This document shows, piece by piece, positions 24,246-32,834 of a stretch of DNA of 64,000 nt. Source of the stretch: a virus (taxonomy: Duplodnaviria > Caudoviricetes); the IMG/VR virus record IMGVR_UViG_2518645549_000001, positions 48,104-112,103 of that record; one strand, given 5' to 3'. The first letter of the stretch is position 1. Every line of letters starts with the position of its first letter. Position numbers and translations under genes: made by a program. Under the pieces are notes generated by a model. That model worked only from the letters and a program-made list of their open reading frames with translations, searched no databases and had not been told where the DNA came from.

Positions 24246-25035
24246 AATTGCTGATCTTGCAAAGGCAATCTGCGCAACTGCTGAAGCAATGGGGCAGACC
24301 ATCAGTGGCGGAGGCGCTCAGCTCATCGCTGAAGACCTTTCGGCCTATGACCCTGCCACCATCATCGGCGCGCTGCGTTCATGCCGCAGAGAGCCAGCCG
24401 GGCGCCTCTCGCTTGGCATGGTCCTCAAGCACGTCCACGCGGCTGATAGCCGCCCCGGGAAAGATGAGGCTTGGTCGATCGCCCTGGCGGCCAGTGATGA
24501 GCACGTGACCGTGGTGCTCACCACTGAAGTCCGCCAGGCGATGATCGCCTCCGGGCCGATCCTTGAGGCTGGCGACAAGGTCGGCGCCCGCATGGCGTTC
24601 ATGAGCGCCTACGAGCGCTTGGTCAGCTTCGCCCGCGCCGAGGACCAGCCGGCCAAGTGGGAGGTGTCGCTGGGCTACGACGCTGGCCGCCGGGTAACGG
24701 CTATTGAATCCGCCGTCCGCGCCCAGCTCATTACCCACGAGACGGGTGCCAAGTACCTGGCCGACCTGCGCATCGCACCGATCACCGATGACGGCCAGGC
24801 CATCGCCGGCCTACTCACTGGCGAAGTGCGCGCTAAGGTCAGCCCCAAGGTTCGCGAGAAGCTGGCCGAAGTACGCTGCATCCTCATCGCCGCCAAGGCC
24901 AAGAAGGATCGCGAGCGCGCCAAGGAATCCCAGCGCCGCCGAGTCGATACTTACCTGCGCAAGCGGCAGACACGCGCCGCAGTCGCTCAGTTGAACATCA
25001 AGCGCGCCGGGCAGCCGGCCGGGGAGGGGGTGTGA
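24229..25035 (+). CDS. Replication accessory protein (P-like position)
   Basis: Overlaps the initiator; GDKVGARMAF..AYERLV..SLG.D. Confidence 0.7.
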   Translation: MLSLAEIADLAKAICATAEAMGQTISGGGAQLIAEDLSAYDPATIIGALRSCRREPAGRLSLGMVLKHVHAADSRPGKDEAWSIALAASDEHVTVVLTTEVRQAMIASGPILEAGDKVGARMAFMSAYERLVSFARAEDQPAKWEVSLGYDAGRRVTAIESAVRAQLITHETGAKYLADLRIAPITDDGQAIAGLLTGEVRAKVSPKVREKLAEVRCILIAAKAKKDRERAKESQRRRVDTYLRKRQTRAAVAQLNIKRAGQPAGEGV

Positions 25036-25190
25036 TGAATTCCCTGTGGCTGGCTTTCGTCTTCGCGCTGTGCGCACTGGGCGGATGGGTTGGCGCCCAC
25101 GAGAGCATCAAGAACGACTGCGATCGTATCGGCGGCTTCTACATCGGCAACACCACCTACAACTGCACCATCGGGAGAGCCAGGCCATGA
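25035..25190 (+). CDS. 51-aa membrane-anchored protein
   Basis: MNSLWLAFVFALCALGGWVG..; coupled on both sides. Confidence 0.55.
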   Translation: MNSLWLAFVFALCALGGWVGAHESIKNDCDRIGGFYIGNTTYNCTIGRARP

Positions 25191-25657
25191 CCGAGAAGAT
25201 CAGCGTCAACAGCCAGGCCAAGCTCTCCGAGGCCATCACCATGATGACCCGGCTGTTTCGCGAGAAGAAGTTCGTCGTTGTGAGCATACGCCCGGGTAAG
25301 GACCGCACCCTGGACCAGAACGCCCTGTGGTTTGCCATGTACGAACGCATCGCCAAGAGCACCGAGATGGGCGACATCGAGGACGTGCGCCGCTACTGCA
25401 AGCTGCACCTGGGAGTGCCGATCATGCGCGCCGGTTGCGCCGAGTTCCGCACCGGCTGGGCTGAGTCGTTCATCCACCTGGATTACGACGTGAAGCTGCG
25501 CCTGATGGGGCCGTGCGCCATGTTCGGGCCGGATGGGTTCCCGGTGACTCGGTTGTTCGACCGCGCCCAGGGCTGCCAGTACACCGACCGGATCGTGGCC
25601 GAGTTCGCGCCGCAGGGCGTGTTCTTTGGTGACCTGCTGAGTGAGGAGGCGGCATGA
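25187..25657 (+). CDS. NinB-like protein
   Basis: RTLDQNALWFAMY..IA; upstream of ninG. Confidence 0.7.
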   Translation: MTEKISVNSQAKLSEAITMMTRLFREKKFVVVSIRPGKDRTLDQNALWFAMYERIAKSTEMGDIEDVRRYCKLHLGVPIMRAGCAEFRTGWAESFIHLDYDVKLRLMGPCAMFGPDGFPVTRLFDRAQGCQYTDRIVAEFAPQGVFFGDLLSEEAA

Positions 25658-26259
25658 CATTGGCCAAGGAGATCAAGCCGAAGAAGTGCAAGGCACCAGG
25701 TTGCGGCAAGCTCTTCAAGCCGACAATGACCACGCAGAAGGTGTGCGGCATCGCATGTGCCAAGGTCATGGCCAAAGATCCGAAGCTGCAGAAGGTTGCG
25801 GCCAAGGCAATCACGAAGCAGGCCCGCCAGGACCTGCAGGAGCGCCGGGAGAAGCTGAAGACCCGCCGCGAGCACATGGCCGAGGCGCAGACCGCGTTCA
25901 ATGCCTACATTCGCGAGCGCGACGCCGGTCTGCCGTGCATCAGCTGCGATTCGAACCCGAGTGACCACGACCTCATCACCGGTAGCCGCTGGGACGCCGG
26001 CCACTATCGGTCGGTCGGCGCCTGCCCAGAGCTGCGCTTCGAGCCGCTCAACGTGCACCGCCAGTGTGTGAAATGCAACCGGAACCTGTCGGGCAACGCT
26101 GTCGAGTACCGGATCTGTCTCGTGAAGCGCATTGGTGCCGACCAGGTTGAATGGCTGGAAGGGCCTCATAAGCCCCAGCGCCTGACCATCGAAGACCTGC
26201 AGGCCATCAAGGCCCTGTACAGGCAGAAGCTCAAAGACCTGAGGAGGGCTGCAGCATGA
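25654..26259 (+). CDS. ninG: NinG/Rap recombination endonuclease
   Basis: FNAYIRERD..PCISC, DAGHYRS, NVHRQCVKCN. Confidence 0.92.
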   Translation: MTLAKEIKPKKCKAPGCGKLFKPTMTTQKVCGIACAKVMAKDPKLQKVAAKAITKQARQDLQERREKLKTRREHMAEAQTAFNAYIRERDAGLPCISCDSNPSDHDLITGSRWDAGHYRSVGACPELRFEPLNVHRQCVKCNRNLSGNAVEYRICLVKRIGADQVEWLEGPHKPQRLTIEDLQAIKALYRQKLKDLRRAAA

Positions 26260-26402
26260 CACCAGCATGGGGATTCCTGATTTTGGCCACCCTCATGGTG
26301 GTGGGTGGTGTGGCGTTGTCTTGGGCTGGCGCAGTGCGCCGCAAGCGCAGTTACGAAGAATTCATTTTGAGCAAGGCCAAGCAGGCAGGGGGTAAACCAT
26401 GA
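26256..26402 (+). CDS. 48-aa TM peptide
   Basis: MTPAWGFLILATLMVVGGVALSW..; ATGA coupling at both ends. Confidence 0.55.
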   Translation: MTPAWGFLILATLMVVGGVALSWAGAVRRKRSYEEFILSKAKQAGGKP

Positions 26403-27088
26403 AATACCAGAGCGTGTTGGCGGCAGTGGTTCGCGCCCTTGCGGCAGAGACCATGAGCGGCGTGGGTGGCGGGGACTTCGAGCCGAAGGTCCAGGCATCA
26501 AAGCTGAAGGGTGAGATCACCGGGAAGGATGCGGCCCTGCTGGTGGATTGTTGGGTGCACGCCCGTCTACACAGCAAGCTGATCCCGCGGCACTGGAATG
26601 CACTGACGGCAAGGTTCTCCACCCACAAGGCCAAGAAGGTGGATGCGATCGGAAAGCTGGTCCCGCTGATCGCCACCCAGGCGCCGAACCTGTTCCGTTA
26701 CAAAGCGGTCACTGCCTGGGCCATCCCGCCCGTGAAAGGAATGCAAGCGTATTCGGGGAATGAGGTGGCCAGGCGTGCTGCCCGCGAGCGTGCAGAATTC
26801 GACTCGCTGCATGCAGGCGTGGTCAAGCGCCTGGAGGGAGGCGAGATGCCAGAGGATGCCGGCCAGGCGCGCCGTGAGCAGTACGTGAAGCGCTCCACTG
26901 ACATGATCGTGCTGCCGGCCGAGTTCTACGACATCAACACCTGGGATGGCCAGGGCCTGAATCGGACCACGTACTGGCGCTGGAAGAAGGGGATTGAGAA
27001 GGTGCTGGACGATATGGTCGCCGAGGCTTTGGCTGCCTCCAGCAAGATCTTGGAGGAGGAAGGCGTTTTGATGGCAGATGCCGCTTGA
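26399..27088 (+). CDS. Putative late antiterminator/activator (Q position)
   Basis: Last early gene before the late promoter; C-terminal HTH-like RTTYWRWK. Confidence 0.65.
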   Translation: MKYQSVLAAVVRALAAETMSGVGGGDFEPKVQASKLKGEITGKDAALLVDCWVHARLHSKLIPRHWNALTARFSTHKAKKVDAIGKLVPLIATQAPNLFRYKAVTAWAIPPVKGMQAYSGNEVARRAARERAEFDSLHAGVVKRLEGGEMPEDAGQARREQYVKRSTDMIVLPAEFYDINTWDGQGLNRTTYWRWKKGIEKVLDDMVAEALAASSKILEEEGVLMADAA

Positions 27089-27113
27089 CAACTCTGCAAC
27101 GGTGCAACAAAAT
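27085..27113 (+). promoter_or_regulatory. Putative late promoter pR'
   Basis: TTGACA-17-CAAAAT with tandem TGCAAC repeats in the spacer. Confidence 0.6.
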
Positions 27114-27158
27114 TCTTGCATCCTGTCATTCCTGCGCGTGTTGAGGAGTGACACGCAG

Positions 27159-27188
27159 AACCCGGCCATTGCGCCGGGTTTTTTATTG
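27159..27188 (+). terminator. tR'-like terminator; second hairpin at 27210-27238
   Basis: AACCCGGC..GCCGGGTTTTTT and TCCCGGC..GCCGGGATTTCTGTTT. Confidence 0.75.
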
Positions 27189-27254
27189 GCCCCATGAGGG
27201 CCTCAAGAGTCCCGGCCCAGTGCCGGGATTTCTGTTTCTGGTGCAGGGACCCAC

Positions 27255-27446
27255 TGCCAGCGTGGCCCGAAAGGGATAACTGGACGCGGATAAGCCGGTA
27301 GTGCCGCGATGCAGGAAAACACCGGCAGCCCGCGCACCCTTACCTCACATGCTCCGGGGTGGCGCGAGATCTGACCGGCGAGACCAGTGCAGTAGGGCGC
27401 TGGCGTCGGAGGGTCTTCGGCGGACAGGTGGGGAAAGACCCACACA
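27255..27446 (+). ncRNA. Candidate multi-stem late-leader RNA
   Basis: Five or more stems, listed in the findings; no credible ORF. Confidence 0.5.
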
Positions 27447-27448
27447 AA

Positions 27449-27522
27449 GCGGGCAAGCAGCAGGTTTGCCGCCCGCCTTCCAAGCTGAGCAGAGAAGGGT
27501 TCGATTCCCTCTGCCCGCTCCA
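27449..27522 (+). tRNA. Degenerate tRNA-Gly(TCC)-like element
   Basis: Perfect acceptor GCGGGCA/TGCCCGC-T-CCA, loop CTTCCAA, GGTTCGATTCC; D arm and anticodon stem mispaired. Confidence 0.6.
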
Positions 27523-27678
27523 ATTTCGTTATGTGCTGCTCCGCACCTTCGCCCGGCCCTTCAGTAGGGCCTAAAAAAGCTTGTCAAAAAGTGCGATAGC
27601 ATTTTGCCTTGTCCGATTAAAGTTTTTGCTATCCCTGACGACACACCGGAGATGGATCCACAATTTTCGGAGTCTAGG

Positions 27679-28113
27679 ATGGGGTTTTTCGACAAGGTCA
27701 AGGAGCTTGCGCTCAAGGCAAAATGCGGAGTTGGTATTCACGGAGGTGATTACACCAAGGCGAGCGGCGGCCCGGCTTGCTTGTACGAAAAAACATGCCC
27801 CGATTGTTTCGATCACCTGACCAAGCATAAGCATGAATACGGTGATTTCTCGTACAAGAACCACCACACATGCACGATGATTCGCCATTGCGTCCACTGC
27901 GCGCACGAAGACAATAAGGTGAAGCATGAAGGCTTTGCCGAGATGGGGATGGATGACTTCTGCAAAATTAAGGAGAAGTGCATTAGGTGTGGTTTCAGCC
28001 AAGTGAAGAAGGAAAGCCACACTTGGACTGAGGTGTCGAGAACTGATACCCACAAAAGAATGGAATGCTTCCGCTGCAACGCAAGTGAGACGCGGCCTCT
28101 ATCCCGTCACTAA
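27679..28113 (+). CDS. Cys/His-rich tandem Zn-ribbon protein (moron)
   Basis: Four CxxC units each paired with H/C; own terminator at 28135-28163. Confidence 0.75.
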   Translation: MGFFDKVKELALKAKCGVGIHGGDYTKASGGPACLYEKTCPDCFDHLTKHKHEYGDFSYKNHHTCTMIRHCVHCAHEDNKVKHEGFAEMGMDDFCKIKEKCIRCGFSQVKKESHTWTEVSRTDTHKRMECFRCNASETRPLSRH

Positions 28114-28249
28114 AGCGTTGAAACTAGTCATCTCAAAGCCCAGGCCATGACCTGGGCTTTTTCGTTCCGCCCCCAATTTTGAGCGCTGCTTTCCACGAGA
28201 GCCTGTGCCTGATCGGGGCCTCAAGCGGGTCTTTTTTTAGGAACAAAAC

Positions 28250-28561
28250 ATGGCCGAACCAGCAAGCACGACTGCCGGCGTCCTGCTGGTGAAGTACGGC
28301 GTGATCATTGGTGGCTTCGCGGGCGCGATCCTCTCGCTGACCTTCCTGCGGGGTCTCACCCGCGGTCAGGCGGTCGCCGCCTTCTTCACCGGCTTCGCTT
28401 CGGCAGTCTTCTGCACCCCTCTCGCCATCAGCTACTTCAGTCTTGGCGCCAGCGGAGAAACCCAATACGGCGTGGCCTTTCTCATAGGCCTACTGGCAAT
28501 GAACATCATCCCAGTCCTGAAGTCGGTGGTGAGTCAGTTCGGAGCCAAGGGGGCTAACTGA
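28250..28561 (+). CDS. Putative holin (three TM)
   Basis: Hydrophobic; GGFAGAILSL..AFLIGLLAM; first late gene. Confidence 0.75.
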   Translation: MAEPASTTAGVLLVKYGVIIGGFAGAILSLTFLRGLTRGQAVAAFFTGFASAVFCTPLAISYFSLGASGETQYGVAFLIGLLAMNIIPVLKSVVSQFGAKGAN

Positions 28562-28830
28562 TGAGCTCTTCCCTGATTCCAGTCCTGGTCGGCACGAATG
28601 CGTTCCTGAGCGTGCTGGTGGTGATCGCAGCATGCGACTACCTGCGCCGGATTCGGCCCATGGACCATCCGCTGCTAGCCGTCGCGTTCTACCTAGTGGC
28701 CATTGGAGCGTTTGGCTCGTTCGTCCTGGCCATGGGCGGGCAAGTGCCCACCCTGTACGGCGTGATCCTCAAGCTGGGGATCATCCTGTATGCCGTTGCC
28801 CGGCGCGGCCATGTGTTCCAGCCGGGGTAG
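28561..28830 (+). CDS. Second holin/antiholin-like membrane protein
   Basis: Three TM segments; coupled to the holin. Confidence 0.65.
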   Translation: MSSSLIPVLVGTNAFLSVLVVIAACDYLRRIRPMDHPLLAVAFYLVAIGAFGSFVLAMGGQVPTLYGVILKLGIILYAVARRGHVFQPG

Positions 28831-28836
28831 GGCGGC

Positions 28837-29073
28837 TCAGTCAGTCCGCAGCAACGGGAACAGTTCCTCGGGATTGCGTGACGCGGCGTTCATTTTTTCG
28901 CATTCAGACGCGGCGTCCGACTTATTGGTAAACCCGCGCTTAAGGCGCTCCTTCTCTTGATTGTCGTAGATATCGAAGCCGCCGGAAGTTGTGGCGGCGT
29001 AGAACCGGTTGCCGATGCGGAAGGATTCACCTTCGATAGGCACAGCCGGAACGATAACGAATCTTGGTTGCAT
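28837..29073 (-). CDS. Hypothetical moron protein
   Basis: GGAGG RBS; GFDIYDNQEKERL; resembles 30460-30666. Confidence 0.7.
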   Translation of the reverse strand: MQPRFVIVPAVPIEGESFRIGNRFYAATTSGGFDIYDNQEKERLKRGFTNKSDAASECEKMNAASRNPEELFPLLRTD

Positions 29074-29269
29074 GTGTCGGCCTCCCCAGGCAGAAGCCTA
29101 AGTATTAGTCCGGCAGGTGGAAGCAACAATATGACTCATCGAGACGATTCGATGGCGTGCCGTGTCACTAGCGCCAGTGGTTATCAGGTTTGCTAGAGCC
29201 AAATGGTTGAACCCCCCGCCACAAAATGAAGATGCGCCGTTTCGTGGCGCGACCACCAGAGGATCCACC

Positions 29270-29500
29270 ATGGACAACCAGCACAAGAAGATCACCGGTT
29301 ACCGCGACCTCACTCAGAGCGAGATCGACGGTATGAACTCAATCTAGGCCCTGGAGGCCGATGCCGGTGAGCTGTTCAAGCAAATCGGCCAGATCGAAGG
29401 CGTGGACCAGCGTACCTTGGCCCTGGCCAAGACCAACCTGCAGCAAGGCTTCATGTGGTTTGTGCGCTCGATCGCCAAGCCGGCTAATCCGTTCGCCTGA
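29270..29500 (+). pseudogene. acb2: Acb2-like cyclic-nucleotide sponge (anti-CBASS) with an amber stop at codon 26
   Basis: [28 protein letters not shown]...LALAKTNLQQGFMWFVRSIAKP; TAG at 29345-29347. Confidence 0.85.
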
Positions 29501-29547
29501 TTCACCTGCCCATCACGCTCAGCCTGTGCGCAGGCCGGAGATATCCC

Positions 29548-29787
29548 ATGAAGACCGAATACCAGGTTCGTCCCGTTTCCCGCTACATCGTGAGCCGCTA
29601 CGCCACCGACGCTGACAGCGCCTCATCCTCGATGATTGGAGAGTTCCCCAGCGGCCAGCAGGCCGACCTGGTTGCTGACGCGATGGTGGCAAAGGATCGG
29701 GCTGATGGAATCGAGTCCGGCCGCACCCGTCACGGGCTGAGCCTGGGCGAGGTTATCTCTGGGCAGCGACTGGAGCAGGCAGAATGA
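29548..29787 (+). CDS. Hypothetical phage protein
   Basis: GGAG RBS; coupled to the next gene. Confidence 0.7.
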   Translation: MKTEYQVRPVSRYIVSRYATDADSASSSMIGEFPSGQQADLVADAMVAKDRADGIESGRTRHGLSLGEVISGQRLEQAE

Positions 29788-30212
29788 CGACCATCGCCTA
29801 CAAGGACGGTGTGATCGCCTACGATTCCCGCGTTACCCGAGGTGACCTCATCACCGACGATGACTGCGACAAGTGCATTGAGCGCGATGGGGTGAAGTTC
29901 TTCATGTCGGGCGCCCTCTGTGACTATGACGCATTGGTCGGGGCCTACTTCGGCACCGCGCCATCGGGGAAGGTCGACGCCTCGGCAATCGTCGTTGATG
30001 GCGGCAAGCTGATGATGGTGGCGGTGGATGACGATACCGGTCTGTGGAAGTCACCAATCAAGCCTGATCGTCCTTACGCCATCGGCAGCGGCACGCCATA
30101 CGCATTCGCTGCGATGGATATGGGGGCGAGCGCTGAGCAGGCCGTTGAGATGGCAGCCAGGCGCGATACCAGCACCGGTGGGAAGATTCGGGCGCTTCGG
30201 ATAAGCGGGTAG
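29784..30212 (+). CDS. Ntn-hydrolase (proteasome beta/HslV-like) protein
   Basis: MTTIA, AYDSR, AIGSG and D..TGG motifs. Confidence 0.85.
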   Translation: MTTIAYKDGVIAYDSRVTRGDLITDDDCDKCIERDGVKFFMSGALCDYDALVGAYFGTAPSGKVDASAIVVDGGKLMMVAVDDDTGLWKSPIKPDRPYAIGSGTPYAFAAMDMGASAEQAVEMAARRDTSTGGKIRALRISG

Positions 30213-30255
30213 CTGTGCCGCAGGGTAAGTGCGGCACGCTGCAGCGCGTAGCCTT

Positions 30256-30459
30256 CTATAGGTCATCCATTTTGTGTAGCGTTCGTTTGTGCTTTCTATC
30301 TAACTCAATGAACTCATCGGTCGCTTCGCTCCAAAGTTCAATGTACCTCTCTGACTCCTGGCGACTGAGCCCGACGAAAACCTCTTGTCCGGCGGAGTCC
30401 GAGCAGAGTGCGCTCTGGAGCCCAAGTAGTTTTCGAGTCGAGCGTTCGAGGTTCAGCAT
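30256..30459 (-). CDS. Hypothetical moron protein
   Basis: 67 aa, directly after the 30460-30666 ORF. Confidence 0.55.
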   Translation of the reverse strand: MLNLERSTRKLLGLQSALCSDSAGQEVFVGLSRQESERYIELWSEATDEFIELDRKHKRTLHKMDDL

Positions 30460-30666
30460 TTAGTCGTCCTCGTTGAGTAGGTCGCAAGCGGCCTTAGCTT
30501 CCGCTTCATCGAAGTAAGGACCCCCTACTACGTAATCTCCATCTGCCAGCGAGTCCTCTACGCGGAAGCAAAACTGTTCAACTGGAATGTTTGGTGGGCG
30601 CTGCCCCGGCTGAAGGGCGACCAGCTCCACGTGAGGAACGTGTACGACTCGATATCTCTTCTGCAT
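30460..30666 (-). CDS. Hypothetical moron protein
   Basis: GGAGAG RBS; MQKRYRVV..EAKAACDLLN. Confidence 0.6.
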   Translation of the reverse strand: MQKRYRVVHVPHVELVALQPGQRPPNIPVEQFCFRVEDSLADGDYVVGGPYFDEAEAKAACDLLNEDD

Positions 30667-30744
30667 CTTGCTCTCCGTGCGGTTAAATGAATTGACACCC
30701 ACCAATACCGGCAACCAGCCACCATTACAAGCAGTAGGTTTTCC

Positions 30745-31341
30745 ATGACAAAGCAACCCGACTGGGAGGCGATCGAACGAGCCTTCCGGGCCGGGGCGCT
30801 TTCCATCCGTACCATCGCTGACCGCAACGGGGTGAGCGACACAGCTATCCGGAAGAAGGCCAAGGCCTTGGGCTGGGAGCGGGACCTTTCCGAGCAGGTC
30901 CGCAAAGAGGTTCGCAACAAGCTGGTTCGCGGCGAGGTTCGCGAAGACCAATGCGCGAACCCTGAGCGTGACGCCGAGATCATCGAGGAGGCGGCAGAAG
31001 AGGGTGCGACGGTTGTTCGCAGCCACCGCCGCGACATTCGTAAAGCCGCGAACCTTGCGAATCTGCTGATGGATGATCTGCTGACCACCATCAAGCGCCG
31101 CGAGGACATCGAGGATGAGATCGAGCGCGAGACTGCCGACGATGAGAGCGGTTTCCGTCGTAGCTCAATGCTCGCCGCGGTCGCCTTGCCAAGTAACGCC
31201 AAAACCCTTTTCCAGCTGTCCTCGGCCATGAAGAATCTGCAGGTGCTTGAGCGCACTGCATTCGGCCTGGACGACAAGGAGCAGTCGAAAGACGCCGACG
31301 AGCTGTCGCAGCTGATGGATGAACTATCGAAGGATGCCTGA
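30745..31341 (+). CDS. Terminase small subunit
   Basis: PDWEAIE..RAG.LS HTH; precedes the large subunit. Confidence 0.85.
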   Translation: MTKQPDWEAIERAFRAGALSIRTIADRNGVSDTAIRKKAKALGWERDLSEQVRKEVRNKLVRGEVREDQCANPERDAEIIEEAAEEGATVVRSHRRDIRKAANLANLLMDDLLTTIKRREDIEDEIERETADDESGFRRSSMLAAVALPSNAKTLFQLSSAMKNLQVLERTAFGLDDKEQSKDADELSQLMDELSKDA

Positions 31342-31343
31342 CC

Positions 31344-32834
31344 ATGAAGCCCGAGCACATGAAACTGCTACGGGACCGGTTCTGGCGGCTGAACAACCTG
31401 TACTTCATTACGGACAAGCAGGGCAAAAAGGTCCGCTTCCGCATGACGCAGGAGCAGGTCGATTACTTCCAGGGGATGCACACCCGCAACATCATCCTCA
31501 AGGCTCGGCAGTTGGGCTTCACCACGCTGGTCTGCATCGTTCAGCTGGATGCCGCGCTATTTGAGGCCGCCAAGTGCGCCTTGATCGCCCACACACTGAA
31601 CGACGCCAAGCGGCTGTTCCGAGAGAAGGTCAAGTATGCGTACGACAACCTTCCCAAGGAAATACGCGCTGCTAACCCTGCTCGCAACGATGCTGCTGGT
31701 GAGCTTGTGTTCAGCAAAGGCGGATCGCTTTACGTGTCCACATCCTTTCGGGGCGGGACTCTACGGTATCTGCACGTATCCGAGTTCGGGAAGATCTGCG
31801 CCAAGTTTCCCCACAAAGCCCGAGAGATCGTCACCGGCGCCTTCGAGGCTGTCGCCGCAGAGTGTTTCGTTACGATCGAGTCGACGGCGGAGGGGCGGGC
31901 GGGCTACTTCTTCGATTACTCGCAGAGCGCAGAGAAGCAGCAGCTGGCCGGTGTGCCTCTGGGCCTGCTGGACTGGAAGTTCTTCTTCTTCAGCTGGTGG
32001 CGCAATCCGCTGTACTGGCTGGACCCTACCGACGTCACGATCCCGGATCGCCTGGCCAAGTACTTCGACGACCTGAGCGCAAAGCACGGAATCGTCACCA
32101 ATCCAGGCCAGCGCGCCTGGTACAGCGCCAAGGAAAAGACCCTCGGCGACGACATGAAGCGGGAATACCCGTCGATCCCTGCCGAGGCATTCCAGCAGAC
32201 GATCGAGGGCGCCTACTACGCCAAGCAGTTCACCAAGCTCTACGCCGCCCAGCGCATCGGCAAGTTGCCAGACAACAGCCACCTGCCGGTGCACACCTTC
32301 TGGGATATCGGCGTGGGCGACTCCACGGCCGTCTGGTTCATCCGGATCGTCGGTGAGGAGTACCACGTTGTCGATTTCTACCAGAACAGCGGCGAGGGTC
32401 TGCGGCACTACATGAAGGTGCTCAAGGATCGTGGCTATACCTACGGCGAGCACTGGGGGCCCCACGACATCGACAACCGCGAATTTGGTAGCGACGGCAA
32501 GACTCGGCGCGAGCTCGCGCGCGAGGGCTACGAGATCGACGGAGAGAAGTACCGCATGACCTTCCAGGTGGTTCCGAAGCTCGGCGTGGACGAGGGCATC
32601 GAGCAGGCACGGGAAATCCTGCCCAACTGCGCCTTCGACGAGGCCAAGTGCAGCGAGGGCATCGCCGCCCTGGAGAGCTACCGCAAGGAGTGGGACGACA
32701 AGCGCGGGTGCTGGAAGGACAAACCGCTTCACGACTGGTCATCCCACCCGGCTGACGGGTTCCGCTATTTCGCCGTTGCCATGGCGCGACGTAAACGCAC
32801 AGGCGGTGTCCGCCGCATCGGAGGTTTGGCGTAA
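31344..32834 (+). CDS. Terminase large subunit
   Basis: KARQLGFTT Walker A, LHVSE, ESTAEG, WDIG and SHPADGFRY. Confidence 0.93.
   Translation: MKPEHMKLLRDRFWRLNNLYFITDKQGKKVRFRMTQEQVDYFQGMHTRNIILKARQLGFTTLVCIVQLDAALFEAAKCALIAHTLNDAKRLFREKVKYAYDNLPKEIRAANPARNDAAGELVFSKGGSLYVSTSFRGGTLRYLHVSEFGKICAKFPHKAREIVTGAFEAVAAECFVTIESTAEGRAGYFFDYSQSAEKQQLAGVPLGLLDWKFFFFSWWRNPLYWLDPTDVTIPDRLAKYFDDLSAKHGIVTNPGQRAWYSAKEKTLGDDMKREYPSIPAEAFQQTIEGAYYAKQFTKLYAAQRIGKLPDNSHLPVHTFWDIGVGDSTAVWFIRIVGEEYHVVDFYQNSGEGLRHYMKVLKDRGYTYGEHWGPHDIDNREFGSDGKTRRELAREGYEIDGEKYRMTFQVVPKLGVDEGIEQAREILPNCAFDEAKCSEGIAALESYRKEWDDKRGCWKDKPLHDWSSHPADGFRYFAVAMARRKRTGGVRRIGGLA

Noticed and set aside
27679-28113. Multihaem cytochrome c
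   Set aside because: No exact CxxCH motif and no signal peptide.
3511-29347. Stop-codon recoding or suppression explaining the in-frame stops
   Set aside because: The stops are of all three types (TAA, TAG, TGA), intact genes use all three as normal ends, and the tRNA-like element has a TCC anticodon.
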